Of a stretch of 64,000 nucleotides of DNA, positions 1-14,225 are shown in pieces. Within the stretch, counting starts at the first letter, position 1; each line of letters begins with the position of its first letter. The DNA is from Eledone cirrhosa (lineage: Eukaryota). The stretch covers positions 10,540,001-10,604,000 of the forward strand of contig OZ024761.1 of assembly GCA_964016885.1 (NCBI GenBank). The letters are read 5' to 3'. Below the pieces are notes generated by a model. That model saw only the letters and a program-made list of their open reading frames with translations. It was not told where the DNA came from and searched no databases. The position numbers and the translations under genes are program-made.

Positions 1-588
1 TGGTGGTGATGTTAGTTTGATGATGGTGGTGGTGGTGGTGATGTTAGTTTGATGATGGTGGTGGTGGTGGTGATGTTAGTTTGATGATGGTGGTGGTGAT
101 GTTGGTTTGATGATGGTGGTGGTGATGAGGATGAAGTTCATTTGGAAATGGTGATGATGATGATGGTGGTGATGAAGTTGGTTTGGAAATGGTGATGGTG
201 TTGAGGACGAAGTTGGTTTTGTAATGGTGATGATGATGATGGTAGTGAAGTTGATTTGGTGGTGGTGATAGTGGTAATGGTGGTAATAAATGTGGTGGTG
301 TTGAGGACGAAGTTGGTTTGGTAATGATGATGGTAATGGTGACGGTGGTGGTGGTGGTAATGGTGACGATGATGGTGATGATGATGGTGGTGGTATTGAG
401 GACGAAGTTGGCTTGGTAAGGATGGTGATGGGGAAGTTGATGGTGGTAATGGTGGCAATAATATAGTGTATATTATGTGTGTAGTCTATTTAGAGGAGAT
501 ATCAGAGATATATAGCTTGAAAAATGTAGCAACACTATTAATCGACTATGTACATCTTCATAGTAATGTTAAACATCTCTTTCTCTCT

Positions 589-639
<51 letters not shown>

Positions 640-731
640 CCCTCTGCTTTTCTGTCTCTCACTTTCCATCTTCTCTGCTATGTTAAAACATCTCTCTCTC
701 TTTCTCACACACACACACACATACACACACA

Positions 732-765
<34 letters not shown>

Positions 766-808
766 TTCCATCTTCTCTGCTATGTTAAACATCTCTCTCA
801 CTCTCTCC

Positions 809-841
<33 letters not shown>

Positions 842-1569
842 TCTTTTACCTTCCATCTTCTCAGCTATGCTGAAACATGTCTCTCTCTCCTGCTTCTATC
901 TCTCTCTATCATCTGCTTCTATCTCTCTTTTACCTTCCATCTTCTCAGCTTTGTCACTCTCTCTCTCTCTCTCTCTCTATCGTCTGCTTCTGTCTCTCTC
1001 TCACACCTTCCATCTTCTCTTTATCTGTCTTTTATCTCACCTAACACCTATTAATGTGTGCAGATTCTGTGTGGGAAGTAACTGGTGTTAGTTTGTGTTA
1101 GTAGTTCTACTACTACTGTGTCTATGTACTTACTCCTCTCCCACACACACACTCTCTCTCACACATTCTCACACACACACACAATAAATTTCCTGGTTAA
1201 ATTGTTTAATCTTGAAGATTTAAGATTTAGTCAGTATGTTGCTGAGAATGTTCCAACATATTTATATATATACACGCACACATTGTATGTGTGTGTGTAT
1301 ATAGATATGTGCATATATATGCATTATGTATGTATGTACAGATATGTGTATGCATATGTAATGTATGTTTGTATATCTATATGTAAATATAATGTATGTG
1401 TGTATATAGATATATGTAATGTATGTTTGTGTATATAGATATATGTATATGTTAAATTTCTTATTTTGGTAATATTTTGTCCTTGGCATCATTTAAATTT
1501 AGATAATAAAAATGTTCACTTTAATGATAGTTTGAAAGAAAAATATAACTTATTTAAATTGAAATGGTC

Positions 1570-2298
1570 TTCTAATGAAAGACACTGTCTATGTCATTAA
1601 CCCTTTCATTACCCTATTCCTAATGAAAGACAGTACCTATGTCATTAACCCTTTCATTACCCTATTCCTAATGAAAGACAGTACCCATGTCATTAACCCT
1701 TTCATTACCATATTTCTAATGAAAGACACTGTCTATGTCATTAACCCTTTCATTACCCTATTTCTAATGAAAGACAGTACCCATGTCATTAACCCTTTCA
1801 TTACCATATTTCTAATGAAAGACTGTCTATGTCATTAACCCTTTCATTACCCTATTCCTAATGAAAGACACTGTCTATGTCATTAACCCTTTCATTGCCA
1901 TATTTCTAATGAAAGACTGTCTATGTCATTAACCCTTTCATTACCATATTTCTAATAAAAGACAGTACCCATGTCATTAACCCTTTCATTACCATATTTC
2001 TAATATAAGACACTGTCTGTCATTAACCCTTTCATTACCATATTTCTAATGAAAGACACTGTCTATGTCATTAACCCTTTCATTACCATATTTCTAATGA
2101 AAGACACTGTCTATATAATGAACCCTTTCATTACCATATTTCTAATGGAAGACACTGTCTATGTCATTAACCCTTTCATTACCATATTTCTAATGAAAGA
2201 CACTGTCTATATAATGAACCCTTTCATTACCATATTTCTAATGGAAGACACTGTCTATGTCATTAACCCTTTCATTACCATATTTCTAATGGAAGACA
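1570..2298 (+). repeat. 48-bp minisatellite (about 15 units) derived from a TTAACCC MITE terminus
   Basis: Unit ttaaccctttcattaccatatttctaatgaaagacactgtctatgtca. Confidence 0.93.
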
Positions 2299-3089
2299 TC
2301 ACTTATGGTTGATTTTCAAATCATTTTGAAAATAGTGCAGAGTTTAGAGATACTTAGTGATATAACTTGCTCATTATTGAGCTGGTGTTTGGAACATAAC
2401 TTAACAAAGGTTCTTCCATAAAATTATGTTGGGAGGTTTTTAGATAAATGTAAGCAGTTTGTATGTGGCGAGTTGAAAGCAGAACAGGTATTTTGTTAGG
2501 AATATTTCCCAAGAAAGGTTTAATCAGGTACACAAGTGTGTATGTGTGTGTGTGTGTGTGTGACTATCCCTGTGTATATGTATGTGACTGTTTCCATGTG
2601 TGAGTTAATCTATTACAGTGTGTGTGTATGTAACTGTTTCTCTGTGTGTGACTGACTGGTGTGACTATTAGACTGTGTGTGATTATATGAGCGTGTGTGT
2701 GTGTGTGTGAATATTAGACTGTGTGTGTGACTATTAGACTGTGTGTGATTATATGAGCATGTGTGTGAGTGTATACCAAAGTTCTTGTTTAAATGTCTCA
2801 GAATCTGGGGGGAGGGGTTGAAAAAAAATTAGAAGTAGGAAAAGAGTCACAGGATGATGCAAGTATTAAATAAGATTACCTTGATTAATACAACACACCT
2901 GTCGAACAAGGTGTGTGTATGGGGGGGAGGGGATTTGTTGTACATAGCTCTGTAAATGGACGGGTTGTAATACAAGATTTTTTAAGCCTTTTGATGACTT
3001 GCTAAAACTGCATACACATACATACTTACACATACATATATATATATGCATATACATACATACATACTTACAAATACATATATATATAT

Positions 3090-3235
3090 GGTGGCTGCCA
3101 ACTCGTTTTCGAGTACGGCCACTACTTTATATCCATGCAGGAGAACCCCTACCGATGCGCTGAACGAGTGTGACTTTTTAGTTCAGCCAGCGACTTGAAA
3201 ACTCTGGTACAAACACTACACTTGTGACAATTATT
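3090..3235 (-). mobile_element. Probable LINE 3' end encoding a terminal C2H2-type finger
   Basis: CHKCSVCTRVFKSLAELKSHTRSAHR followed by a stop, with no supporting exon structure. Resembles the C-termini of some RTE-like LINEs. Confidence 0.45.
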
Positions 3236-3636
3236 GACACAGTGCTGGGCCCATTGTACCATGTGATGACAAGTGCAGAGAGATCTCCAGATATAAAGCA
3301 ATGCCTGTGCCATGAAGCTTTTATAGTGAGCAAAGGCACTGCACAAAGCCAGTCCCACTCTCTTAACCAAGATGATATTTACCAAAAAGAAGAACAAGTC
3401 AACATCATTGGATACCATCAGGGTTGCAGGTGTTATATCAGAGTTTTCCTTCTCCTAGAATTCTGCCTTGACAAAGGCTAAGTTTTGGATGGCCATTGAC
3501 TCTTAAGAGCTCCTTTGCTCTTTGACAGGTTTTGTTTTTAGTCCTGCAGGATGTCCAAAGTCACCCTCCTCACCAAGAAACCTTGGTGGGGTTGCCAGTT
3601 TAGTCGCCAACTGGTGGTGGTGTTGGCGTGGGGTGA

Positions 3637-3948
3637 AGGCATGTGGCTTTTTGGCTTACAATCTTAGGGTTGTGAGTTCAATTACTGGACTGGGTGGTGC
3701 ATTGTGTCCTTGAGCAAGACTCTTTATTTCACGTTGCTCCAGTCCACTCCACTGGCAGAAATTAATTGTAGCTGTAATTCAAAGGACCAGCCTTGTCACT
3801 TTCTGTGTCATGCTGAATCTCCCTGAGAACTACGTTAAGAGTACACATGTCTGGAATGCTCAGCCACTTGCATGTTAATTTCATGAGCAGGCTGTTCTGT
3901 TGATCGGATCAACTGGAACATTCATCGTCGTAACCAACGGAGTGCCTC
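3637..3948 (+). mobile_element. Older CORE-type SINE with a different tail. Related heads at about 8365, 13015, 20630, 30232, 34243, 37360 and 62980.
   Basis: tRNA-like head plus tgtccttgagcaagactctttatttcacgttgctccagtccactc. Confidence 0.7.
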
Positions 3949-4102
3949 AATATATATGTATATGTAAATGTGGTTGGCGTTAGGAAGGGCATCCGGCCAT
4001 AGAAAACCAGCCAGAAACACCCCTGTTTGAGCGAGACACGGTCGCCCAACACAACTTGCCTTAAAATAGGATAGCGTAGAAGATGGATGTTAATCGATGA
4101 TG

Positions 4103-4147
<45 letters not shown>

Positions 4148-4489
4148 TAACAGATTAAAGTTTAAGCAAAGAATCGCTGCTTTCACCTTTAACGGGATCT
4201 TCTGAAACTAAAAAAATCAATCTGTGAACGTAGAAGTAAATATTTCGAAAAACGTTGCAACCGAAGGAAAACAGGAAGACGATACTTTGGTTCGTGGAGA
4301 CGTTCCCTGGCAATAACAAAGGAAGTGTGGTAAGGAACCAGGTGGACCATAACGCGCCAGAGTACTCGATACTATAGGTAGTAGAGTGGGTAATAGGAAA
4401 AGAGTCAGGACCCCCGTCGAAACGGCTGGAGCTCAGCCATCGGGGTCCTGACTCTTTTCCTATATATATATATATCAATCATCATTTCA

Positions 4490-4825
4490 TTTTCATCATT
4501 TCATTTTACGTCCGCTTTTCCTTGCTTGCAAGGCTGGGGCGGGAACTGATTCTGGCTTGATTTCTACAGCTGGGTGCTTTTTTTTGCGTGGTGCCTACAC
4601 GTCCACTTTACAGTGTGGGCTGGGTGTTTTTTTGCCATGGCACCTCCACGACCACTTTGCAGTGGAATGATAGGGACCCCAGTCCCTATCATCTCATTTC
4701 TACAGCTGAGTAAACTGGAGCAATGTGAAATAAAGTGTCTTGCTCAAGGAAACAACACATCACCCGGTCTGAGAATTGAACTCACAACCTTTCGATTGCA
4801 ACGCTCTAACCACTAAGCCATGTAC
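4490..4825 (-). mobile_element. Same SINE family, minus-strand copy
   Basis: Reverse complement of the 56778 element with internal deletions. Confidence 0.85.
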
Positions 4826-5098
4826 CCCCCACCATTCGCAGTCCTGGTTATTCGTGGAATTATAAATATCTTCCGCAATTTTTTTATGGGTTTTTTTCGT
4901 GGCAATATATATATTTTTTAACACTAAATTATTAATAACAATATGCTGTATTTGCCAGCGTATTGGACATCTCTTCGCCTAAGATGCTCCGTCATTTTTT
5001 ATTATATTTTGACATTTATAGGTATTTTTATGAACCACATCCAATATTCACGGGTTTTTCACTCTTCCTGGGGGTGGGGGAACAACTGTGTGTATATA

Positions 5099-5150
<52 letters not shown>

Positions 5151-5436
5151 ACTGGATCGAGATCTTTGCCGCCCAATCTAATGAGGTTGTGTAGGTGTCA
5201 CGACAAAAAAAAAAAAACACAGTCCCTGCTGTAATCTGGTTGTATAGATAACATGGTAAAAAGCTCCCAGTCCACACTGTAAATGTGGTTGATGTTAGGA
5301 AGGGCATCCAGCCGTAGAAAACCTGCCAGATAGTCCTGTACGAGCAAGACACGGTCACCCGACCAATCTTGCTTCAAATGAGACAATTCCCGTCTAACCC
5401 ATGCTAGCATGGAAGATAGACGTTAAACGATGATGA

Positions 5437-5490
<54 letters not shown>

Positions 5491-7744
5491 AATCCTATTT
5501 ATATATTTATACTCTACCCTTGCTCTCATTTCTTTAGGAAATCTGGTCTGATAAACATTGGAAAGTTTTTTTCTATTTTTTTCTTTTATTCCAATGGAGC
5601 AGAACTCAGCATTACCACCATTACCGTCACTACCATCACCATACCACCACCACCACCACCATATCACCACCACCACCACCATATCACCACCACCACACCT
5701 GACCAGAGCTCTTTCTTAGATTAATTTGGTTGGTTACAGTATTTATCAGGATGTTCCTTTCTCCCACTCCACCATCCTACCACCGCTGCCACCACCACCA
5801 TCCTTGTTATCTGGTGGTGGTGGTGTAGTGGGGGGGGGGGGGGTAGGTAATCAAAGAAAACTTGTGTGGAATTTTGTAATATAGATGTAATCAACTGGTC
5901 TCACAACCACTGTATGTTTGTGTGTGTGTATGTGTGTGTCTATGGCTGTCTCTATGTCTCTGTGTCTGTCTGTCTGTATGTCTGTCTATGGCTGTCTCTG
6001 TATGTCTGTGTGTGTGTGTGCATGTCTATGGCTGTCTGTGTATGTGTGTCTCTCTATGTGTATATCAATGTATGTGTGTCTCTATGTGTATGTATCTCTG
6101 TCTGTATGTGTCTACTCTTGAAGCAGTTTACCAGAGTAGATCTTTTAAAGTTTTTAAATCCATCTTATGTGGTGGGGTAGGGTGTGTAGAGTGGTATGGT
6201 GATGGTGACGGTGTGTGATGTTGGTTTATGGTGGTGTGGTGGATGTGTGGAATGGTGGTGGGGGTTCATGAGTAGAAGTTTGTTGTGTGGTGTGGTGTGG
6301 TGGGTGTGTAGAGTTGTATGGTGGTGATGATGGTGACGGTGTGGTGCGGTGTGTGATATTTGTTTACGGTGGTGTGGTGGCTGTGTGGAGTAATGGTGTG
6401 GTGCGGAGTGGTGTGGTGTAATGTTTGAGTATTAGAACGTGGAATATTTGAAATATTTGTCTTAGAAACAGTAATTCAACAACTTACTCATCGTAACTTT
6501 ATATTTCTAATCAGAAGCAAAAATTTAATTTATTGTTTGTTTTTTGTTTGTTTTTGTTTGTTTTTCTATGTTTAAAATTAATTAATCCTATAAATTAACA
6601 TTAGGGTAATAAAGAAATATTTAAATATTTGTTTCCATTTTTGGACAATTTCAGAATCTAAAAAAAAAAATAGACATCATTTTTATGTCTCTTCTTCCAT
6701 ACTTGCATTTTTGTCTGACCTTCCATACTTGCAATGTTATGTCTGTCCTACCATACTTGTATTTTTATGCCTGTCCCCTCCCTGTCATATGTTGGAGATC
6801 AGAGTTTATTTGTGTTCCATGAGGTGTTAAATGAAATGTATAGTCCACACCTATGTAGGTTTTACTGGACTCCAAGGTTGTATCTCATAAGTTTCTCGAG
6901 TGTTTTAATGATAGGGGCCCTAGTCTTATGTTGTGACAGTCTCCACCTATGTAGGTTTTACTGGACTCCAAGGTTGTATCTCATAGGTTTTAGTGACAGG
7001 GAACCCAAGTCCTATCATGAAAAGCAATGTGAAATGAAACTTGTTGATCAAAAACACAACACACACACACCACCTAGTCCAGGAATCGAACTCACAACTT
7101 TATAATTGTGAAACCAACACCATCAACCATTAAGCCTTTAGCATTTATACTAACCATATCCAGCCAGAATTCTCTCACCTCTCTCTGTTCAAACCGGCTG
7201 TAACTGGCCGCTCATATGTACATTAAGTTATTGTTCTCAAAATAAATAACATCAAAATCTCATAGATTTGATATTATGTGAGAATTATGTAAGATACAGC
7301 CTTCACTGTGAAAATACAATAGTAAATATAGAATAATGTAAATGCTAAAGGGTTAAGCCATCCTCTTTCCACTATGACATGCTGTGGGATTGAACTAAGA
7401 ACCTTATGATTACAGAGCAATCATCTAAGCCATTCAACCATACTGGAATGTAACTGGAGCAGACATACTTTTGAAAATTTGGTTGAATGAAAAATATAGG
7501 CTGTAAGCAGTTGTGATGTTTTAATTAAAAACTGTAATTAAAATATAGATAACTTCAAATTGAAAATGTACGTGTGAGTGTGTGTGTGACTAGTTGATGC
7601 TGGTTTACGTTTTGTGTGTGTGTGACTATTTGCTAATAGTTTATGAATGAGTGTGAATGTGAATAGTGACTATTTGATACTGGTTTACCTGTGTGTGTGT
7701 GTGTGTTGGACTGCTGTTGATTTTGAATATGAATGTTTCAGTTG

Positions 7745-7980
7745 TTTGAACAATGGACTGGAACATGAAATAAAGTGCCTTGCTCAAGGATACAATGGAC
7801 TGGAAAAACATGAAACAAAATGTCTTGCTCAAGGGTACAATGGACTGGAAAAACATGAAGTAAAGTGTCTTGCTCAAGGGTACAATGGACCGGTGGGACA
7901 ACATGAAATAAAGTGTCTTGCTCAAGGACACAATCGACTGGAACAACATGAAACAAAAGTGTCTTGCTCAAGGACAGAAT
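7745..7980 (-). repeat. 45-bp tandem amplification of a SINE CORE segment, about 5 units
   Basis: Unit tacaatggactggaaaaacatgaaataaagtgtcttgctcaaggg. Confidence 0.82.
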
Positions 7981-8864
7981 CGCTCATGACATGAGAATTG
8001 TGAGCCAAACTTACTAACCATTGAGCCATGTTCCCGTGTTCCTTCACCAGAAGGAAAACCCATCAAATCTTTTCCAATTGTTTAACACAATCAAATTACA
8101 TTGCTCTTGTGAAACACTTTGTAACTGGCAAGAGGTGAGAGTGGTTTACATTGCTAAGCCCTGGAGATCTTCTGTCAGTATTTCTGAATATTGGCCACTT
8201 TAAAAACTTGTTGCTAGCTTGTTCTTAATTAATCAATTAATTAATTTGAAAGACATGTGTGGAAACTAGATTTTTGTCTGGGTTTTATTGTATTTTTTTC
8301 TATTTAGTGTTTTTATTTCTCTTTTATATGTGAGTGTAAATGTCTGTAGTAGTAGTAGTAGTGTAGGTGCATGGCTTTGTGGTTAGAACGTCGGGCTTAC
8401 TAACTTGAGGTTCTGAGGTTGGTTCTTGGACCACGCTTTGCGTTGTCTTTATTTCATGTTGCTCAAACTCACTCAGCTGTAGAAATGAGTTGCAATGTTA
8501 CTGGTGCCAAGCTGTATCCACCTTTGCCTTTCCCTTAGACAGCATCATATATTTTATATATATATTGTGTATCTATTTGAAAGACAAGCAGTGTCTTTCA
8601 TTAGAAATATGGTATCTAAAGAGTTAAAGTGTTTATATTTATCTGAAAACCCTCCATCATAAATTTATGTAAGAACCTTTGTTAATCCTTTAGCATTTAA
8701 ACCGGCCATATCCGTCCAGAATTCTCTTACCTCTTTCTGTTCAAACTGGTTGTAACTGGCCACTCATGTTAAGATATTATTCTCAAAATAAATAATATCA
8801 AAATCTCGTAGATTCGATATTATGTGAAGTAAAGCCTTTACCTTTACTGCGAAAATACAATAGT

Positions 8865-8891
8865 ATTTATATATATATATTATATATATAT

Positions 8892-8922
<31 letters not shown>

Positions 8923-8951
8923 ATATATATATATATTATATATATATATAT

Positions 8952-8984
<33 letters not shown>

Positions 8985-9131
8985 ATATATATATATTATA
9001 TATATATTATATATATATATTATATATATATTATATATATATATATATTATATGTATATATATATATATATTATATGTATATATATATATATATTATATG
9101 TATATATATATATATATTATATGTATATATA

Positions 9132-9171
<40 letters not shown>

Positions 9172-10197
9172 TATATATATATATATATTATATGTATATA
9201 TATATATATTATATATATATATATTATATTATATGTATATATATTATATGTATATATATTATATGTATATATATTATATTATATGTATATATATTATATA
9301 TATATTATATTATATGTATATATATTATATGTATATATATTATATGTATATATATTATATGTATATATATTATATGTATATATATTATATATATATTATA
9401 TTATATGTATATATATTATATATGTATATATATTATGTATATATATGTATATATATTATATATGTATATATATTATATATGTATATATATGTATATATGT
9501 ATATATATTATATATGTATATATATTATATATGTGTATATATATATTATATTTATATATATATTATATATATTATATTTATATATATATTATATATGTAT
9601 ATATATTATATTTATATATATATTATATTTATATATATATTATATATGTATATATATTATATTTATATATATATTATATATGTATATATATTATATTTAT
9701 ATATATATTATATATGTATATATATTATATTTATATATATATTATATATGTATATATATTATATTTATATATATATTATATATGTATATATATTATATTT
9801 ATATATTATATATGTATATATATTATATATATATATTATATATGTATATATATTATATATATATATATATTATATATGTATATATATTATATATATATAT
9901 ATATTATATGTATATATATTATATATATATATTATATATGTATATATATTATATATGTATATATATATTATTTATATATATATTATATATGTATATATAT
10001 TATATATATATTATATATGTATATATATTATATATATATTATATATGTATATATATTATATATATATTATATATGTATATATATTATATATATATTATAT
10101 ATGTATATATATTATATATATATTATATATGTATATATATTATATATATATTATATATGTATATATATTATATATATATTATATATGTATATATATT
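8865..10197. repeat. About 1.3 kb complex (TA)n-derived array
   Basis: Almost purely A/T, with variant units such as tatatatgtatatatat. Confidence 0.95.
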
Positions 10198-10821
10198 GTG
10201 TATTTGAAAGACAAGCAGTGTCTTTCATTAGAAATATGGTGACAAAAGAGTTAAAGTGTTTATATTTATCAGGAAAACCCTCCATCATAAATTTATGTAA
10301 GAACCTTTAAGTTATGTTCCCAATACCAATAAAGAGAAAGTCAGTTATATTACTGAATATGATGAATGAAAAATGTCTGTAGTGGTAGTAGCAATTCTTA
10401 AATAACTGTTAACTGTGGATGTTGTGTTGAAAGGAGGAGCTGTAAATATATACAGGGTGTCCCCCAAAAATGTATACATACTTTAATTACCTGTACAGGC
10501 AATATTTACTAGAATGCACAGCCTTTCCCAAAAATAGAATGATCTAGACTTAATTCAATTGTATGTAAACACCCAAAAATGTTTACATAATTTAAATAAT
10601 GCATATAAAACAGTATTTATTTTAATGCATTTTTTTGGGGGGGGGCTGACACCCTGTGTGTATATATATATATATATCATCTGGATTCAGATGAGTCTAT
10701 TACGTAGTTTTTTTTTTCCAAATGTATCCGCACTTCAACAGTATTCTTATAAATATTGCCTGTACAGGTAATCAAAGTATGTATATATTTTTTGGGGACA
10801 CCTTGTGTATATATATTTATA

Positions 10822-10897
10822 TTGGGTTGTCCAGTATGAAATTTGTAGGAAAAAAAAACCAAACAAATTTCTACAAATTTCATACTTGACGACCCAA
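10822..10897. mobile_element. Tiny mariner-type MITE (76 bp, MADE1-like architecture)
   Basis: TA-ttgggttgtccagtatgaaatttgtag...ctacaaatttcatacttgacgacccaa-TA. Almost entirely TIR. Confidence 0.75.
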
Positions 10898-11014
10898 TAT
10901 ATTATATATTATCTGGAATCAGGTGTAAATCTATTGCGTTGTATCTTTTTTCCAAATGCCAAGTCTGTCAGATTTTTCTAATGTTCCATCCATTAAATAT
11001 GTTTACTAGAATAA

Positions 11015-11320
11015 ATGTGGTGAGGGGGAGGAGGTAGATAGGTGATGTGGTGAGGGGGAGGCGGTAGATAGGTGATGTGAGGAAGGGGAGAGGTAGATGG
11101 GTGATGTGGTGAGGGGGAGAGGTAGATGGGTGATGGGTGAGGAGGAGAGGTAGATAGGTGATGTGGTGAGGGGGAGGAGGTAGATGGGTGATGTAGTGAG
11201 GGGGAGGAGGTAGATGGGTGATGTGGTGAGGGGGAGGAGGTAGATGGGTGATGTGGTGAGGGGGAGGAGGTAGATGGGTGATGTGTTGAAGGGGAGAGGT
11301 AGATGGGTGATGTGAGGAGT
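11015..11320. repeat. G-rich tandem repeat of about 30 bp, about 10 units
   Basis: Unit tgtggtgagggggaggaggtagatgggtga. Confidence 0.9.
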
Positions 11321-13891
11321 CGATAACTACAATATTATTTTCAGTTTTCTTGCAAGTATGGAATGTTTTATTCAGGTGAACTTATTAGAAGCTCAACTGA
11401 ACGAAACTTGTGGCCAATTTGTTACAATTGTTTTTTTATATAAAAGTTCACACTGTAAATGTGGTTGATGTTAGGAAGGGCATCCAGCTGTAAAAAACCT
11501 GCCACAGACACTTCCGTACGAGCGAGACATGGTCTCCCGACCATTCCCGTGTCAAATGGAACAAAACCGTCTAACCCATGCTAGCATGGAAGATGGACGT
11601 TAAACGATGATGATGATGATGTATATATATATATATATCATATATATATAAAAATAAAATAAGCATGGATGAGGTGACAAATTTTCCTTATGTTTCATGA
11701 TTGATTAGCTCAAGGGTCAATCCCTATCGACCGGGCCCGACTCAGAATCAAAGGCTCATAGCGCAATGACGAAATGATTCCCATATAGCATTAAAAAATG
11801 ACACCCTTTTCATGCTTATTATTATTATTATTATATGGCCAGTGGATTGGCAGTATTGGTGGAGAGTCAGACACCATGTTTTGCAGCATTAGAGTTACGG
11901 CTCTTTATGATCTGAGTTTAAATCCCGTCGAGGTTAACTTTGCTTTCATCCTTACGGGGTTGATAAAATAAAGTACCAGTAACGTACTGGGGTCAATTTA
12001 ATCGACTTTCCCCTCCCTCCAAATTACTAGCCTTGTGCCTATACTAGAAATCAGGTGGATTGGCAGTATCGGTAGAGAGTCGGATGCCATGCTTTGACGC
12101 ATAGAGTTACGACCCTTGCCATTCTGAGTTCAAATCCCGCCGAGGTTAACTTTGCCTTTCATCCTTACGGGGTCGATAAAATAAAGTACCAGTAATGCAC
12201 TGGGGTAATAGCTGGCCTTGTGCCAAAAGTAGAAACAATTATTATTATTACACTATGCTTAGTACAACCACAAAGTACATACTGGAGATCACGCATTGAG
12301 TGCTCACCTTGATGAACCTACACTAACTTGCCATTACAATCCCTAAACTATATATATAACAAAGAAGATGTGGTAAGAAACCAGGTGGACCATAATGCAC
12401 CAGAGTACTCAATACTTAGGGTAGTAGAGTGGGTAATAGGAAAAGAGATGAAACAGGCGGAGCTCAGCCGTTGGGGTCCTGACTCTTTTCCTATATACAG
12501 ATATATATATATATATATTGGCAGTAGCACTAAGATAGCATTAAGCATAATAGGGGTATATATGAAAGCATATACTATATGTTTTATATACAATAAACAT
12601 ATGAGGGCCTTGCTATCAAAGAAATATCTTTCTCTCATTTTCTCAGTGAACATGTCACAGATATCTCAGTAGCCATTGAGAATGCCATATATGTGTATGT
12701 ATATATATATATATATATATATATGAATACATCTGTATATGTATATATGTGTGTGTGTGTGTATATATATATGAATACATGTGTGTGTATACATATGTGT
12801 ATATATATATATTTATTTTGGTAAATTCTTAGTTGAGTTCTGGTTTTATCTCTTAACCCATATTATTTTAAGGGAATGGTTCTGAAATTGTTTAAAAAAT
12901 GTTAATTATTTTCCATTCCACCCTTTTTTTTGCTAACATATTTTGTGCGTGTGTGTGTGTGTGTGTGCACGTCTGTGTGTGTGTCTGACATTGTGTTTAT
13001 ATATTTTTAACAACACGCACAATGTTGCCTAGTGGTTCGGGTGTTAGAGCCATGATCATGGGGTGATGGATTCAATTCCTGGACTTTGCTGTCTTCTTGA
13101 GCAAGACACTTCATTTTACATTTCTTTTCATGTCAATACTTCAGTTCCTGTCATTAAAACAACCAAGAATCCCATGAGATTCAACCTTGTAGGAGGCTCG
13201 CTAAACCAACATAGGTGTGAGCTATAACATGTCTACACAGGCTCACACATTCACATTCACACATTCACACTCACACATTCACATACACACATTCACACTC
13301 ACACATTCACATACACACACACTCACACATTCACACACACACACACTCACACTCACTCACACTCACTCACACATTCACATACACACACTCACACATTCAC
13401 ATTCACATACACTCACATTCACATACACTCACACATTCACATACACTCACTCACACATTCACATACACTCACTCACACATTCACATACACACACTCACAC
13501 ATTCACATACACACACTCACACATTCACATACACACACTCACACATTCACACACACACACATACACATACTCACACACATACATTCACGTACACACACAC
13601 TCACACTCCCTTCGTGGTTATTATTTCATTTATATATGTTCTGTGATGTTTGTAATACTACTATGACTGGAAATTTACAAATTCTACTTAACTCTGGACT
13701 GTCTGTTGCCAATGTTGATGTGGATAAAATCACATTTGAGCTTTAAATATCTGGCTGCCTTATACTGTTATATAACCTACCTTATATACTTATGACCGAC
13801 TGAATACACACATTTGTTTTTTTTTTTTGTTTTTTTTTTATTCTCGCCGATTCTTCCTCTCATCACTCTTTACTTTCTATTTCTAACCCTA

Positions 13892-13927
13892 TCTTCTGAT
13901 GAAGGACTAGTGTCCGAAACGTTAAGA
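13892..13927 (+). ncRNA. Minimal hammerhead-like motif
   Basis: TCTT-CTGATGA-A-GGAC(TAGT)GTCC-GAAACGTT-AAGA. Stem III is reduced to the palindrome ACGT. Confidence 0.45.
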
Positions 13928-14188
13928 CTCTCTTCCTGCTATTTCAAGCGTTAAACTAATATATTTCTTCCATGTACTGTGCCGTTTGTTTTATTTTTGT
14001 TACTTCTACACACACACACACACATATATGTTAAGTATTTCCGTAGAAAAGGTAAAGGAAAAAAGAGTGCTCTATATATTGTACAGAGCTATTTTATTTC
14101 GTCTGATGAATGAACTTGATGTTCCTTGCAAGAATGATCTATTTTCTTGAAACATTCGGTAATGAAATAATTATATTGTGTTGTTTAT

Positions 14189-14222
<34 letters not shown>

Positions 14223-14225
<3 letters not shown>

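Noticed and set aside
1575-2312. Repeated MKDTVYVINPFITIFL peptides (also 32623-32997)
   Set aside because: In-frame translation of a 48-bp minisatellite derived from a MITE end.
3149-3418. Host C2H2 zinc-finger gene
   Set aside because: A single terminal finger with no linker or array and a non-protein-like upstream sequence. Better explained as a LINE end.
9052-10310. ORFs of 369-411 aa rich in Y/I (also 53483-54610)
   Set aside because: Translations of (TA)n-derived arrays in several frames.
14100-14165. Additional hammerhead candidates (CTGATGA...GAAAC here, and about 33280-33365)
   Set aside because: Core-like words are present, but I could not form convincing stems I and II.
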